From Macrostomum hystrix (lineage: Eukaryota; Animalia; Platyhelminthes), in assembly GCA_950097015.1 (NCBI GenBank), contig CATNEN010000024.1, positions 1,302,001 through 1,366,000 on the forward strand: a stretch of 64,000 bases of DNA, given 5' to 3'. Positions 28,473-39,557 of this stretch are shown piece after piece. How positions within the stretch are numbered: position 1 is the first letter of the stretch; each line of letters opens with the position of its first letter. The notes beneath the pieces were generated by a model, which worked only from the letters and a program-made list of their open reading frames with translations, ran no database searches and had not been told where the DNA came from. Made by a program: the position numbers and the translations under genes.

Positions 28473-30851
28473 ATGCTGCGCCTCATCTGCAGTCGTCGTC
28501 GGCTGCCCTCCGCCCTGACGGCACCAGCTCGCTGGTCCAGCGTCTCCAGCAGGTCCAAGGGGCCAAGCGTACCTGTCATCGACTCGGCGCAGGTGGTAGT
28601 TTGCGGAGCCGGCATCACCGGCTGCTCAATTGCCTATCACCTGGTCGAGCTGGGCTGCAAGAGTGTCCTGCTGCTAGAGCAGGGCGCCACAATCGGCTGC
28701 GGCACAACCTGGCACTCGGTGGGCCTGATCGCTCAGCTGCGCCAGTCGGCTTCAATGACAAAATTATGCCATCAAACCGTGAAAACCTGCGAACAACTGG
28801 ACGCCAAGGGCTTCCCATCCGGCTATATCAAGTATGGCAGCCTAACGCTAGCCGAAAGTACAGGCCTCATGCACTCGCTGGAACGACTCAAAGCGATTGG
28901 CGATGCGCACAAGATTGAGAGCCATATTCTGGGGCCAAGCGAGATCCAGCGCCTGGTTCCCTCATCGTTGATGATGTCAGATGATGTTATCGGAGGCCTG
29001 TTTACTCCAAGCGACGGCGCCCTGTCTAGCCCGATGGACCTGGCCAATGCTTACCTGGCAGCGGCCAAAGCCAAAGGGGCCGATGTTCGACTTGGAACGC
29101 GAGTCCGCCGAGTCCATCTAAACCGCGACGGCCATGTCGCCTCCGTGGAGACGCCGCAGGGGCTCATCGAATGCGAGACATTCATCAACGCGGCCGGCCA
29201 GTGGGCCAGGCAGCTGGGCAGGCGCTGCACCGAGCGCGTCCGGGTTCCTCTGGGCAGCTGCGAGCATTTCGCCCTGTTCACTCAGCCGGCCGAGGACCAA
29301 TCAATCACCAAGGCCTTCCCAGTGGTGCGCAACTATGAGCGCTTGCACTACGCTCGCGAATGGCAAGGCGGCTTGTGCATTGGCGGCTTCGAGCCAGCTG
29401 GCAAGGTGGTCTTTCCGACTGGCATACCTCCGAACTTTGAAAACCAGCTGCTGCCGGAAAACAGCGAGCACTTTGAGCCGATAGTCCGCGGCGCTAATCA
29501 CCGTTTTCCAGTGCTATCTAAGCTTGGAGTTCGAGCCACCATTAATGGGCCCGAGACGTTCACACCGGATGGTCAGCCGATCTTCGGCGAGGTTCCAGAC
29601 GTCCCTGGCTACTTCGTCGCCGCCGGTCTGAACTCCATCGGCATCACACTGTCTGGCGGCCTGGGCGCGTCGATGGCTGAGCTGGTGATAAACGGCAGGA
29701 CTTGCGTCGACACAACCGCCATAGACATTCGCCGATTCGTCACGCAGCACACGGATCATCCCGCTTTCATTGCCGACCGTCTACCTGAGTCGTACTTTTC
29801 GCTGACCAAGACCGGGCCGAAGTCGGTGTTTACCACCAGCCGGCAGCTTATCGTTTCAGCGTTGCACGAGACGCAGAAGGAGCACGGCGCCGTGTTCGAA
29901 CAGACACAGAATGGCTACGAGCATCCCGTCTTCTACGATCATCCACAATCGCAGGCTCAGATGCAGGCCAGCTGGCGCTCCTACGGCAGGCCGTTCTGGC
30001 TGGACTTCGCCACTGCCGAATATCGCAAGATTCAACGGATGAAGACCATCTACGACAACAGCTCAGCTGTGCAGATCCGCATCACGGCCCACACGCCGGA
30101 CGATCTTGAAGCCTTTCTCTCCTCCGTGTTCGCCCGCACTCGCTTCGAGTCCGGCCTGTCGCGCCTTCCGTCGGGCGATTTTGTCACGATGTCAACAAGC
30201 GACGGGCAGTCCCTGGAGCTGTTCGGCCGCCTGGTCAAGCAGACGGAGCGGTCGGCCGTCTTTCTGTCCTCTGGCGTGGCACAGACGCGCGCCATGTCTT
30301 TGCTGAACGAGAAGGCTGCAACAGATGAGGCAGTGACCATCACGGACATCAGCATCAACTACTGCCTCTTGCACCTGCCAAGAGCTGTCCACTACGGCGA
30401 GTTTCCTCGTCTGCCATCCGATCCATTCGCCTTCGCCGACGAGACCGACGTTTTCGTCCTCGCCCAGGCCGGCAACGCACCGTCCGTATTTCGCTACCTG
30501 AACCAGGCGCAGGGCTTCGTCCCAATCGGCTACTACGCGATGCGAATGTTCCGCCTTAGCGAGCGCCAACCAGAATTCGGCGAAGACTTCCAGAGCCGGC
30601 TGAGCGCCCGGCAACTGGCCGCCGGCCTGGCCAAGTTCGCCCTCCCCAGCCTGAATCCGGCCAGCGACTATTGGATCTGGGGCGGCGAGCCGCTGTTCCG
30701 CAACGGCGAAGCTGTCGGCAGCGTGCTGTGCAGCACCTACGACCCCAACAGGAACCAGCTCATCGGTTTCTGTGTCCCGCCCGAAGGTGCCACTCTGGAT
30801 GACGCTGTTGTGCGCGTCGGCAGCCAGGAGCACTCGCTGGAGCTTCTGTGA
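28473..30851 (+). CDS. Mitochondrial FAD-dependent oxidoreductase, DMGDH/SARDH/PDPR (GcvT-fusion) family, 792 aa
   Basis: Arg-rich presequence, VVVCGAGITG dinucleotide-binding motif, GTTWHSVG, NGPETFTPDGQPIFGE, YFVAAGLNSIGI; C-terminal half diverged; subfamily not resolvable by eye. Confidence 0.88.
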   Translation: MLRLICSRRRLPSALTAPARWSSVSSRSKGPSVPVIDSAQVVVCGAGITGCSIAYHLVELGCKSVLLLEQGATIGCGTTWHSVGLIAQLRQSASMTKLCHQTVKTCEQLDAKGFPSGYIKYGSLTLAESTGLMHSLERLKAIGDAHKIESHILGPSEIQRLVPSSLMMSDDVIGGLFTPSDGALSSPMDLANAYLAAAKAKGADVRLGTRVRRVHLNRDGHVASVETPQGLIECETFINAAGQWARQLGRRCTERVRVPLGSCEHFALFTQPAEDQSITKAFPVVRNYERLHYAREWQGGLCIGGFEPAGKVVFPTGIPPNFENQLLPENSEHFEPIVRGANHRFPVLSKLGVRATINGPETFTPDGQPIFGEVPDVPGYFVAAGLNSIGITLSGGLGASMAELVINGRTCVDTTAIDIRRFVTQHTDHPAFIADRLPESYFSLTKTGPKSVFTTSRQLIVSALHETQKEHGAVFEQTQNGYEHPVFYDHPQSQAQMQASWRSYGRPFWLDFATAEYRKIQRMKTIYDNSSAVQIRITAHTPDDLEAFLSSVFARTRFESGLSRLPSGDFVTMSTSDGQSLELFGRLVKQTERSAVFLSSGVAQTRAMSLLNEKAATDEAVTITDISINYCLLHLPRAVHYGEFPRLPSDPFAFADETDVFVLAQAGNAPSVFRYLNQAQGFVPIGYYAMRMFRLSERQPEFGEDFQSRLSARQLAAGLAKFALPSLNPASDYWIWGGEPLFRNGEAVGSVLCSTYDPNRNQLIGFCVPPEGATLDDAVVRVGSQEHSLELL

Positions 30852-33800
30852 TCCTTCCGAACTGACGGCGTTGACTATAAAGAGAACATCTCAAACTGCC
30901 AGTCTGGGCTGGAAGCAGAAAGTGTTAAATCGCTTATAAAGTCCGAATTTTCTAATTCAGAAATTCCTCCGTTGCACTCCTCGAAGCTGTTGCTGACTAT
31001 CATAATTGTTTTTTTCGCATCCAAGTCGATTTATTGTTATGAATAATGATTATTCAAGTCGTCGTGTGAATGAAAGCGATTTGCAACGCCAAAACAGTAT
31101 ATTAAAACGTATTGTATGCAAATATAGAGTGATCTTATATAAATTGTATTCCGCGCTTGCCTACGCGCCAAAGCTCGGTATAATAATCCAGTAGGTTTTT
31201 TGCATATTTTTTAGAGAACGGTTGCAAGCAATTGGTGCCATTATTTGATGACTCTGGGACTTGAGTTTGCTAATAGTTGTCTAGAAGCGATTACTGGAAG
31301 CTGAGAATAGTACTTTGTTTAACTACCCATACTTCTTTTTTAAACGTCTCTTGCAACTCGAATAGTTTAAAAAATCACATTAAAATTCCTTTTAGTTTGA
31401 ATGCTGTCCCCTCGAAAAGCCTATATTTTTAATGGGTATCTCTTTGCTATCCCCGAAATTTGAATGGCATAACCTTGAAATCCCATTTTATTTAGAATAT
31501 TATTCCCTTGCTATTCTCCCACTTTGAATGGCATCATTGGTAAAATTTAGTAGTTTCATTTCACAACACCAGTCAAGATTACAGGACAAGGTGGGTGTAG
31601 TCTGAGTTCAGAAGCAAATAAAACCCATAGAAACGCAGGGACGTTTAAGCTTTTATGGATTTTTACCATGTTTTTAACTTTCCTGCTTGCCGACACGAAA
31701 ATATAATAATTCTGACGGACACTGGCCTGATCCCATTTTTATCCCATCTGTGAAGGCCAGCAGAAGACGCGGAAAAATGTATGGTCATTTAGTAGGTTCT
31801 CGAACAATGAGCCGATCGATAACCCTGGAGCTGCCCAATCTGCTCGATACTCCGTGGCTAATATGAGTAGGGGCTCAGCAATGCAACCGACTAGAAAGTG
31901 GGCAGTCGTGGCTCAGCACCTGTGAATTATTGACGGCCCTGGACCTTAATTAACTCTAGCTCTCTTGTTTGCTCTGGTCATTGACGTCTTAACTTATAAG
32001 GAAAAGGATAGCTGGATTTTTTTGGCTTGGGAGCTGCAAATTAAGGCCTGGCTGCAGGGTGGGCGGAGCGAACCGCCGCAAGTGTCTCCCGCTGGCGCTG
32101 GTAACTGCTGGGCCAGCAGATTCAAGAGTCACTTCAGCAGGCCGCCGCGGGCCTCATCCTCGACTCTAAGATCCCCGCGAATGGCATGGGCGCGGCTCCA
32201 GCTGCTGCTGGTGGTGAGTGGCAGCAGGCAGATCTTCAATAGGCTTGCTATCGGGACAGAAATGCCCCTGCCCTGGTGCTCGTCTCTCGATAGCCCCGCA
32301 ACGCATACAGAGGTGATGAACGATGCGGGGCTGAGAGCGGATCGTGGCTCAGTGAAAGCTGCAACTGTCATTCCGCATGCGTGGGAACGAAAGAGGAGTT
32401 TGCCTCCGCAAACTTTGACTGACGCTTTGAAAGTGAAACTGCAGAGTTGCCGCAGTGGAGGATATTGAGAATGAGGATGAAGTCTCCCCAGCGCTCCGGT
32501 TCAGTGTTTAGGAAGAGGAAGGAATTGAAATCGAGGCGGGGGACTCCGCCAGAGTCAACAATGTGGGCTCAGCGTGTCGATCTTGCAGACACAGCTTCAG
32601 GTGGCTGCGCGGATGCCTCCATGTTGAAAAGAAAATTCTCTTCCATTATTTTAGGAGTGAATTTATCGAAGCGGAACGCGCTGGGGTGGGTTTTCGAGAG
32701 GCGACGGGCGATGATCAACTGACAGAATCGACTGCACGGCGCGTCATGCTTTTATATATTGAAAATCTTTGCCCGCAAAAGACAATGGCAACACCCGACA
32801 AGCAAGCATGATTGAGTACGGATTAGAGTATAGACTCAGAAACTAAAACACCAAATACTACGACCTACAATCGTCTCACGGAGATCAATAATGAGCCAGC
32901 TGGATGCGAAAAGTAGAGAGCCAACACTGAATGACAAGTAATCCGGCAGAGGCCAAGCGGAATTGTGCTCGCGAGATGGTCTCAGGAGAGACAGATGAGG
33001 AGGGAGTTATGAGGAGAGATTAGACAGGACTGCCGGACAGGAAATTCTTGTGACCGACCTGCCAGAGGGGCCTGCCCGTTGGCGGCACGCTCCGCTCACA
33101 GGCACTGGTTCAGCTCCGTATGGACTGCATGCGACGGGGGGATGATTGGTGCTGCATAGGAGGAATTGTTTGCCCAGAACTGGAACATGACCAGAGCATC
33201 AACAGCTGAAACACGGCCGCCTTCATCAATCACTCCGCTGGTTTTGGCTCGCCCTGCAAACCGCCTGGTGCCCACCGAAAGCGAGCCGTGGCGCCTCCCT
33301 CCTCCAGGAAATGAGGACACTCGAGCGCCGCTTCAAGCTCATCTCCTGCGCAATTTCCTGGGCTGGTTGCATGGCCACTTGCCCGCGTGGCGCTCGCTCT
33401 CTCTCCGACTTTGATCTCCTCCTCCCCAATAGCTGCGCGTTCTGCGCGCAAACAGACACCAACTTTATGCTTGCTCTATCTCCCTATTTCTCTTCCTATT
33501 TTTCTCTTTCTCAATCAGACAGTCGTCGGAAAGTCTTGTTTCCGATGCACCATGCTGCATTGACTGCTTCTCCGGAGGTAGGTCACCGCTGAGTTTTATG
33601 ACCCTACATCCAAGCTTTACTACCTATCAGATCATACGACTATCACTTGGAAAGCATTTGGATCGAGTCCACAATACACAGAGAAGCATCGCATTTTAAA
33701 TGCCTCGCAATCAATAATCAAGAACGAGTCAAAAGTGGCAACTTTTAAGTACGAGTTTAAGTCTGAGTTTGAGTTTGACTGTACGATGAAGCTGGAAAAT

Positions 33801-33900
33801 TGGTATACTTTAGAGCTGGTCGGCAAACTTATTAGCTGGCGGGCCAAAGAGAGAACCTAAAAACGGCAGTGGGCCGCATTGACTGTAGAAATGTGAGATA

Positions 33901-34200
33901 GGGGAGAGATGACAGGGGGAGATGAGACACAGGACAGATGAGACACAGGAGAGACGAGACACAGGAGAGACGAGACAGGGGAGAGATTAGACACAGGATA
34001 GACGAGACAGGGGAGAGACGAGACAGGGGAGAGACGAGACAGGGGAGAGACGAGACAGGGGAGAGACGAGACAGGGGAGAGACGAGACAGGGGAGAGACG
34101 AGACAGGGGAGAGACGAGACAGGGGAGAGACGAGACAGGGGAGAGACGAGACAGGGGAGAGACGAGACAGGGGAGAGACGAGACAGGGGAGAGATGAAAC
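33901..34200. repeat. 16-nt purine-rich minisatellite, about 18 units
   Basis: Unit AGACAGGGGAGAGACG. Confidence 0.95.
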
Positions 34201-36009
34201 AGGATACTGTAGGTGTCGGAAAGGGCAACGGGCCGGATTTGGGAGCTTCGAGGGCCGCAGCTGGTCCGTGAGCCGGAGTTTGCCGACCCCTGCTTTAGAG
34301 CACTGATATACTTGCATTTCAAAAACCTCATCGCATCTGAATTGCATGGAACAGCTCAATGCATCGAAACGGATAAGTGAAAAGAAGTGTGTGTTCAGCC
34401 AAGTGTGAGCAGCAACTTCTCTCTCCTTCTCTCTTCTCTTGTGAATCGTAGACATTGTCCATCGCGTTGCAGCTGTCTAACACGCATTTCAAGCAATTTT
34501 GGCTGCCAAATTTCAAAGCGATCGCGCAAAAGCAGTCATTAGCCGCATAGCTATTCATCATCAACTGGGAGGCTGGAATCTTAAAAGAAAACAGCATGCG
34601 GCCGCATGGCTGCAGACCGGATGGCCTCTATTGTGATGAGGCCGCACGCACGGTTTATGCAAGGAATGCATTTGCTACACAATGCTGTTTAATACGCGCC
34701 TTCATTATAGCTGTGACAGGGCTATAATTTTACACCTCCGCATAATATGGAAAGTGAGAAAGGAGGAGCGCTGCCGGATGCCCTGACCGAAGCGGCGCAG
34801 TCTGGGAATGCTGGCGCAGCGGCGGCAGCGATTTGGGATTGCGGTGAAGTGGGAATTCCATCGGTGCGTTGCGGGTTGCAGATTGGCCCTGCTTTGCATG
34901 ACAATGTGTGTGTGTGGGGGGAGGCAGGTGTGGCAAGACGGGAAGCCTCTGCCATGTTGGCGGAAGATGGCGCGCATGATGCCGCTTATTGATTTCGGCG
35001 GGGATAAGTCAGGATGGGATCTAGGACTGGGCGGAGGTGGGGGGAAGATTCTACAGGCCAGGCGGAGGCGCAGCCAGCCAATGGCTGCTCATCCGCTCAT
35101 CGCATCAACTTTCCCTGTTCTCGCATGCAGGAGATTCTCACCCATCCCAGTCACTGGAGGGGAGGAGAGCCATCGAAGGGATAAGTGGCTGAGGAACTCA
35201 AGATTGGATAAGAATGCGAGATAAGCTTTCTCCTCCACCCAGTCAGTCCCCATTAGATCGGCCTTAGAACCCCAGTGAAATTCCAAGCCAGGCAGCATGC
35301 AGGCATCGATGGCTGCAACGGACCAGGTGAGCTTGTGACTCCACGTTTGTTTCGCGAGCCAGAAAATTGCCACGGAAATGTAGCGAAATCTGACACCCCT
35401 TGGTACAGTTCGCACTGGAGAAGGCTGCTGTTACCATACCAACTGCTGTTGTAGTGTGACCGTTGAGAACTGCGCAAGGGGGTTGGACGCTTATCGAGAA
35501 GATGGGATCGGGTTACTCGAGGATCCGCAAACAGTTGTCTAAGGCCGAAATCCCTCCCTATAGTTCTTGTCTCTGTCCGTCTTTATTTCAAACTGTCAGT
35601 TGAATTCTTGAATTCACAAAGTCAGATCTTCCACAGATCTTCACAATTCACCCTGAAATTGTTGCAACAGCAGCAGCAGCTGCCTTTTGGAGCTCTGTCA
35701 ACACTATTTCAAATGCTTCTCACTGTCTTCAAGTTCCTTTTTTATTCTAGCTCGTATAGCCCTTACAGAATATTTCAATTCGAATTTGTTCTCTAAACGA
35801 TACAGCCGGATCGCGAAGCTCTAGCTAAGAAATTTGAGACCCAACACACGGTTCCGAAGTCTTTGGGAACTGGGTGGTTTGGGGCGGTTAAATGATTTCT
35901 GGGGGATATATATAAGTATGAGCACCTTCAGGCTTAGGACTAATCAAAAAGGTCTCTATCACACGCCATTTTTAGTGAAATTTGCATCCCCATTTCCAAT
36001 AACTTTCAG

Positions 36010-36735
36010 GCAGCAGCAGCAGCAACGGAGACTCTCGGAATTCCACCTTCGGCCGCAAAGTTGGGCCTGACTGCGGCGACACCAACTGGCACCGGCGTCA
36101 GGAAGCTGAGCAATCACTCGATTGAGCGTCTGATCATGCGAGCTCCAGCTGTGGCTTCCGATGGGCGACCGCTACGACCGATGGCCATGGGGACGCCAGA
36201 TGCGACTGCCGTAGCCGCCGCCGCCGCCGCCGCCGCAGCAGCCTCCTGGGATCCATGGCGATTCGCCGCTTTCGGAGCGGCCATGAGGCGTCTGCTGGCC
36301 TTGAATCCGAACATCCGATTCGGCTGTGGAGGAGCTGGCGGTCCGCCCCCGCCACTGCCACCAGCTCTGCTGGCAGCAACTGGTGTACATGGAGGCCGCA
36401 GCAGCAGCAAGTCGTCGACGAATGTCCCGGAGGAGCAGCAGAAATTCCGCGCGTTGGCAACTGCAGCCGCGGCTAACGCTGCCACCGCAGCGTCCGCAGG
36501 TAGCCGAGGACTTCTTTGCTGCGGGGGCTTTGGAGGATACCCTCCTCCTCCGCCACCGCCCCCACCTTTACAACCGCAGCCGCAGCGGCAGCCGCCGCCT
36601 CAGCCGCAGCTGATAAGCCGCTTCGCCGTCGGTCGTCGCGAATCGGCCTTGCCATCGAATCGTCACCGTCTAGTCCAACTGCGTGACCGTCAACATCGTC
36701 AACACCAGCAGCGTCATTTGCAACAGCCGCAGCAT

Positions 36736-36768
<33 letters not shown>

Positions 36769-37065
36769 CAGCATCAGCCAATAGGACCGCGCTCGGCGTC
36801 AAAGTACGCCTGTCGTTGGTGCGGCAAGAGTTTCCCGAGGTCGGCCAACCTGACTCGACACCTGCGCGTGCACACCGGCGAGCAGCCCTACCAGTGCAGC
36901 CTGTGCGCCAGGGCCTTCAGCATCAGCAGCAACCTGCAGCGCCATCTGCGCAACATCCACCGGGGCGAGAAGCCGCACCAATGCCCGACCTGCCTGCAGG
37001 GATTCAGCCAGCGGGCCAACCTCGATAGGCACATGCGGCTGCACCAGGCCCACAGGCAGCGCTAA
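36010..37065 (+). CDS. C2H2 zinc-finger transcription factor, Evi1/MECOM/PRDM16/Hamlet-type C-terminal finger triplet; 5' end uncertain
   Basis: [39 protein letters not shown] and ANLDRH match Evi1 fingers 8-10; in-frame acceptor TTTCAG at 36009; first in-frame ATG 36136; AATAAA at 37102. Confidence 0.85.
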
Positions 37066-37460
37066 GGCCGCTGATCTAGTCTATGAAAAACACCAATTCA
37101 CAATAAACGCCATTCTAAAATCTAAAAGTTATCACAAAAAATTAACAGTGCTCACTTCCAGGGTTAGCAAATATGCTTATCGTGTATTACTTTATGATTT
37201 AAGTTTCGACATTTTTTGAGTTTCAAATTAGCTCTCTTGACTATTATTACGCTTACTAATACGCTTGGCTGTAATAAGCATGCAATCAATTAAAAGTACT
37301 CGAGTAAAAAAACGCAGTGAAAAAGAAAACTGATACAATTGGATAATCTATGAGACCCTTGTCCACTACTAGTCATTTAAGGCCCCTGTTAGCCGTCATT
37401 GCAGAGTCGATGTCCCTTCCCAGTCAAAAGGACCACTATTAGCTACTTTAGTAGTCCTTG

Positions 37461-38203
37461 CCCGGTCATTGTAGATTGTCGATGTACCCTTCTGGTCATT
37501 GGAGATTGTCGATGTACCCTCCCGGTCATTGTGGATTGTCGATGAACCTCCCGGTCATTGTAGATTGTCAATGTACCCTCCCGGTCATTATGGATTGTCA
37601 ATGAACTTCCCAGTCATTGTAGATTGTCGATGAACTTCCCAGTCATTGTAGATTGTCGATGAACCTCCCGGTTATTGTAGATTGTCAATGAACCTCCCAG
37701 TCATTGTAGATTGTCGATGAACCTCCCGGTTATTGTAGATTGTCAATGAACCTCCCAGTCATTGTAGATTGTCGATGTACCCTCCCGGTCATTGTAGATA
37801 GACGATGAACCTCCCAGTCATTGTGGATTGTCGATGAACCTCCCGGTCATTGTGGATTGTCGATGAACTTCCCAGTCATTGTAGATTGTCGATGTACCCT
37901 CCCGGTCATTGTGGATTGTCGATGAACCTCCCGGTCATTGTAGATTGTCAATGAACCCTCCCGGTCATTGTAGATTGTCGATGAACCTCCCGGTCATTGT
38001 AGATTGTCAATGAACCTCCCAGTCATTGTAGATTGTCGATGTACCCTCCCGGTCATTGTGGATTGTCGATGAACCTCCCGGTCATTGTAGATTGTCAATG
38101 AACCCTCCCGGTCATTGTAGATTGTCGATGAACCTCCCAGTCATTGTAGATTGTCGATGTACCCTCCCGGTCATTGTGGATTGTCGATGAACCTCCCGGT
38201 CAT
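37461..38203. repeat. 29-nt minisatellite, about 25 units
   Basis: Unit CCGGTCATTGTAGATTGTCGATGAACCTC with variants. Confidence 0.95.
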
Positions 38204-38819
38204 TGTCATTGTCATCTGTACGTCATTCGTCCTTGTGAACCGAGTCCATCTATGGAATCAGTTCCAAACTATGCAGATCTGGATGTTGGGAATTCGCTTG
38301 TCGTGACATCCGTGTGTGTGTGTGTGTGTGTGTGTGTCACCGAGCTTCAAATAAGTCGGCGAATTATTCATGCCAACCTGCTTGCCCTGATTATTTTCTG
38401 TCAATTCGCTCTTAGTCATTACGCTAGTAGAACAAGAATTATCAATATAACCCAGTCGCTAAATCTTGCATGTACACTGCCCATGGCAAACAAAATGCTC
38501 TTGTTTGACTTCGTGTTTCCCATGCAGCATCGGCGATTCTGTGTGTTCGATTAGGCGATATTGCTGTACACGGCTGCGATACTCAATAGAAAGATAACAA
38601 GCACAGATTTTCATCCTTCCTAGCGTCATCCAATCATCACCAATCATTCAACATCTGTCTCCAATATTAATGGTTTTGATTTATGCAAAGTGCTGCAGAC
38701 ATTTTCAGGGTTCTAGTTTTCTATGTAAAGAGGGCTCAATCGCCAAAAATTGCTTACCAAACTACTTTTGGAAGTAGTGAAGGTCGCTAAAAGCATGTCG
38801 GTAAAATCAGAGAGAGATA

Positions 38820-39425
38820 ATCGGGTGTCAGGAAGTGACAGTCGGGTGTCAGAATGAGACAGTCGGGTGTCAGGATGAGATAGTCGGGTGTCAGGAAGTG
38901 ACACTAGAGTGTCAGGATGAGACAGTCGGGTGTCAGGATGAGACAGTCGGGTGTCGGGAAGTGACAGTCGGGTGTCGGGAAGTGACAGTCGGGTGTCGGG
39001 AAGTGACAGTCGGGTGGTCGGGTGTCGGGAAGTGACAGTCGGGTGTCGGGAAGTGACAGTCGGGTGGTCGGGTGTCGGGAAGTGACAGTCGGGTGTCGGG
39101 AAGTGACAGTCGGGTGTCGGGAAGTGACAGTCGGGTGTCGGGAAGTGACAGTCGGGTGTCGGGAAGTGACAGTCGGGTGTCGGGAAGTGACAGTCGGGTG
39201 TCGGGAAGTGACAGTCGGGTGTCGGGAAGTGACAGTCGGGTGTCGGGAAGTGACAGTCGGGTGTCGGGAAGTGACAGTCGGGTGTCGGGAAGTGACAGTC
39301 GGGTGGTCGGGTGTCGGGAAGTGACAGTCGGGTGTCGGGAAGTGACAGTCGGGTGGTCGGGTGTCGGGAAGTGACAGTCAGGTGTCAGGAAGTGACAGTC
39401 GGGTGTCCCGATGAGACAGTCGGGT
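38820..39425. repeat. 21-nt minisatellite, about 28 units
   Basis: Unit GAAGTGACAGTCGGGTGTCGG; degenerate at both ends. Confidence 0.95.
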
Positions 39426-39557
39426 ATCTGAATAGTTGCTTGCCTTTTGTGTACCAGATTGATGTGGGTGTTATTATGTATTGATGGTCGCATTATCGTC
39501 GGAAGTTCATTGTGAAAGCTCATATAGAACCAGAAAGTAAATTAGAATATACTTGTA

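Noticed and set aside
32000-35500. Many short overlapping ORFs in GC-rich DNA
   Set aside because: No domain similarity or consistent splice chain; short ORFs are expected at this GC content
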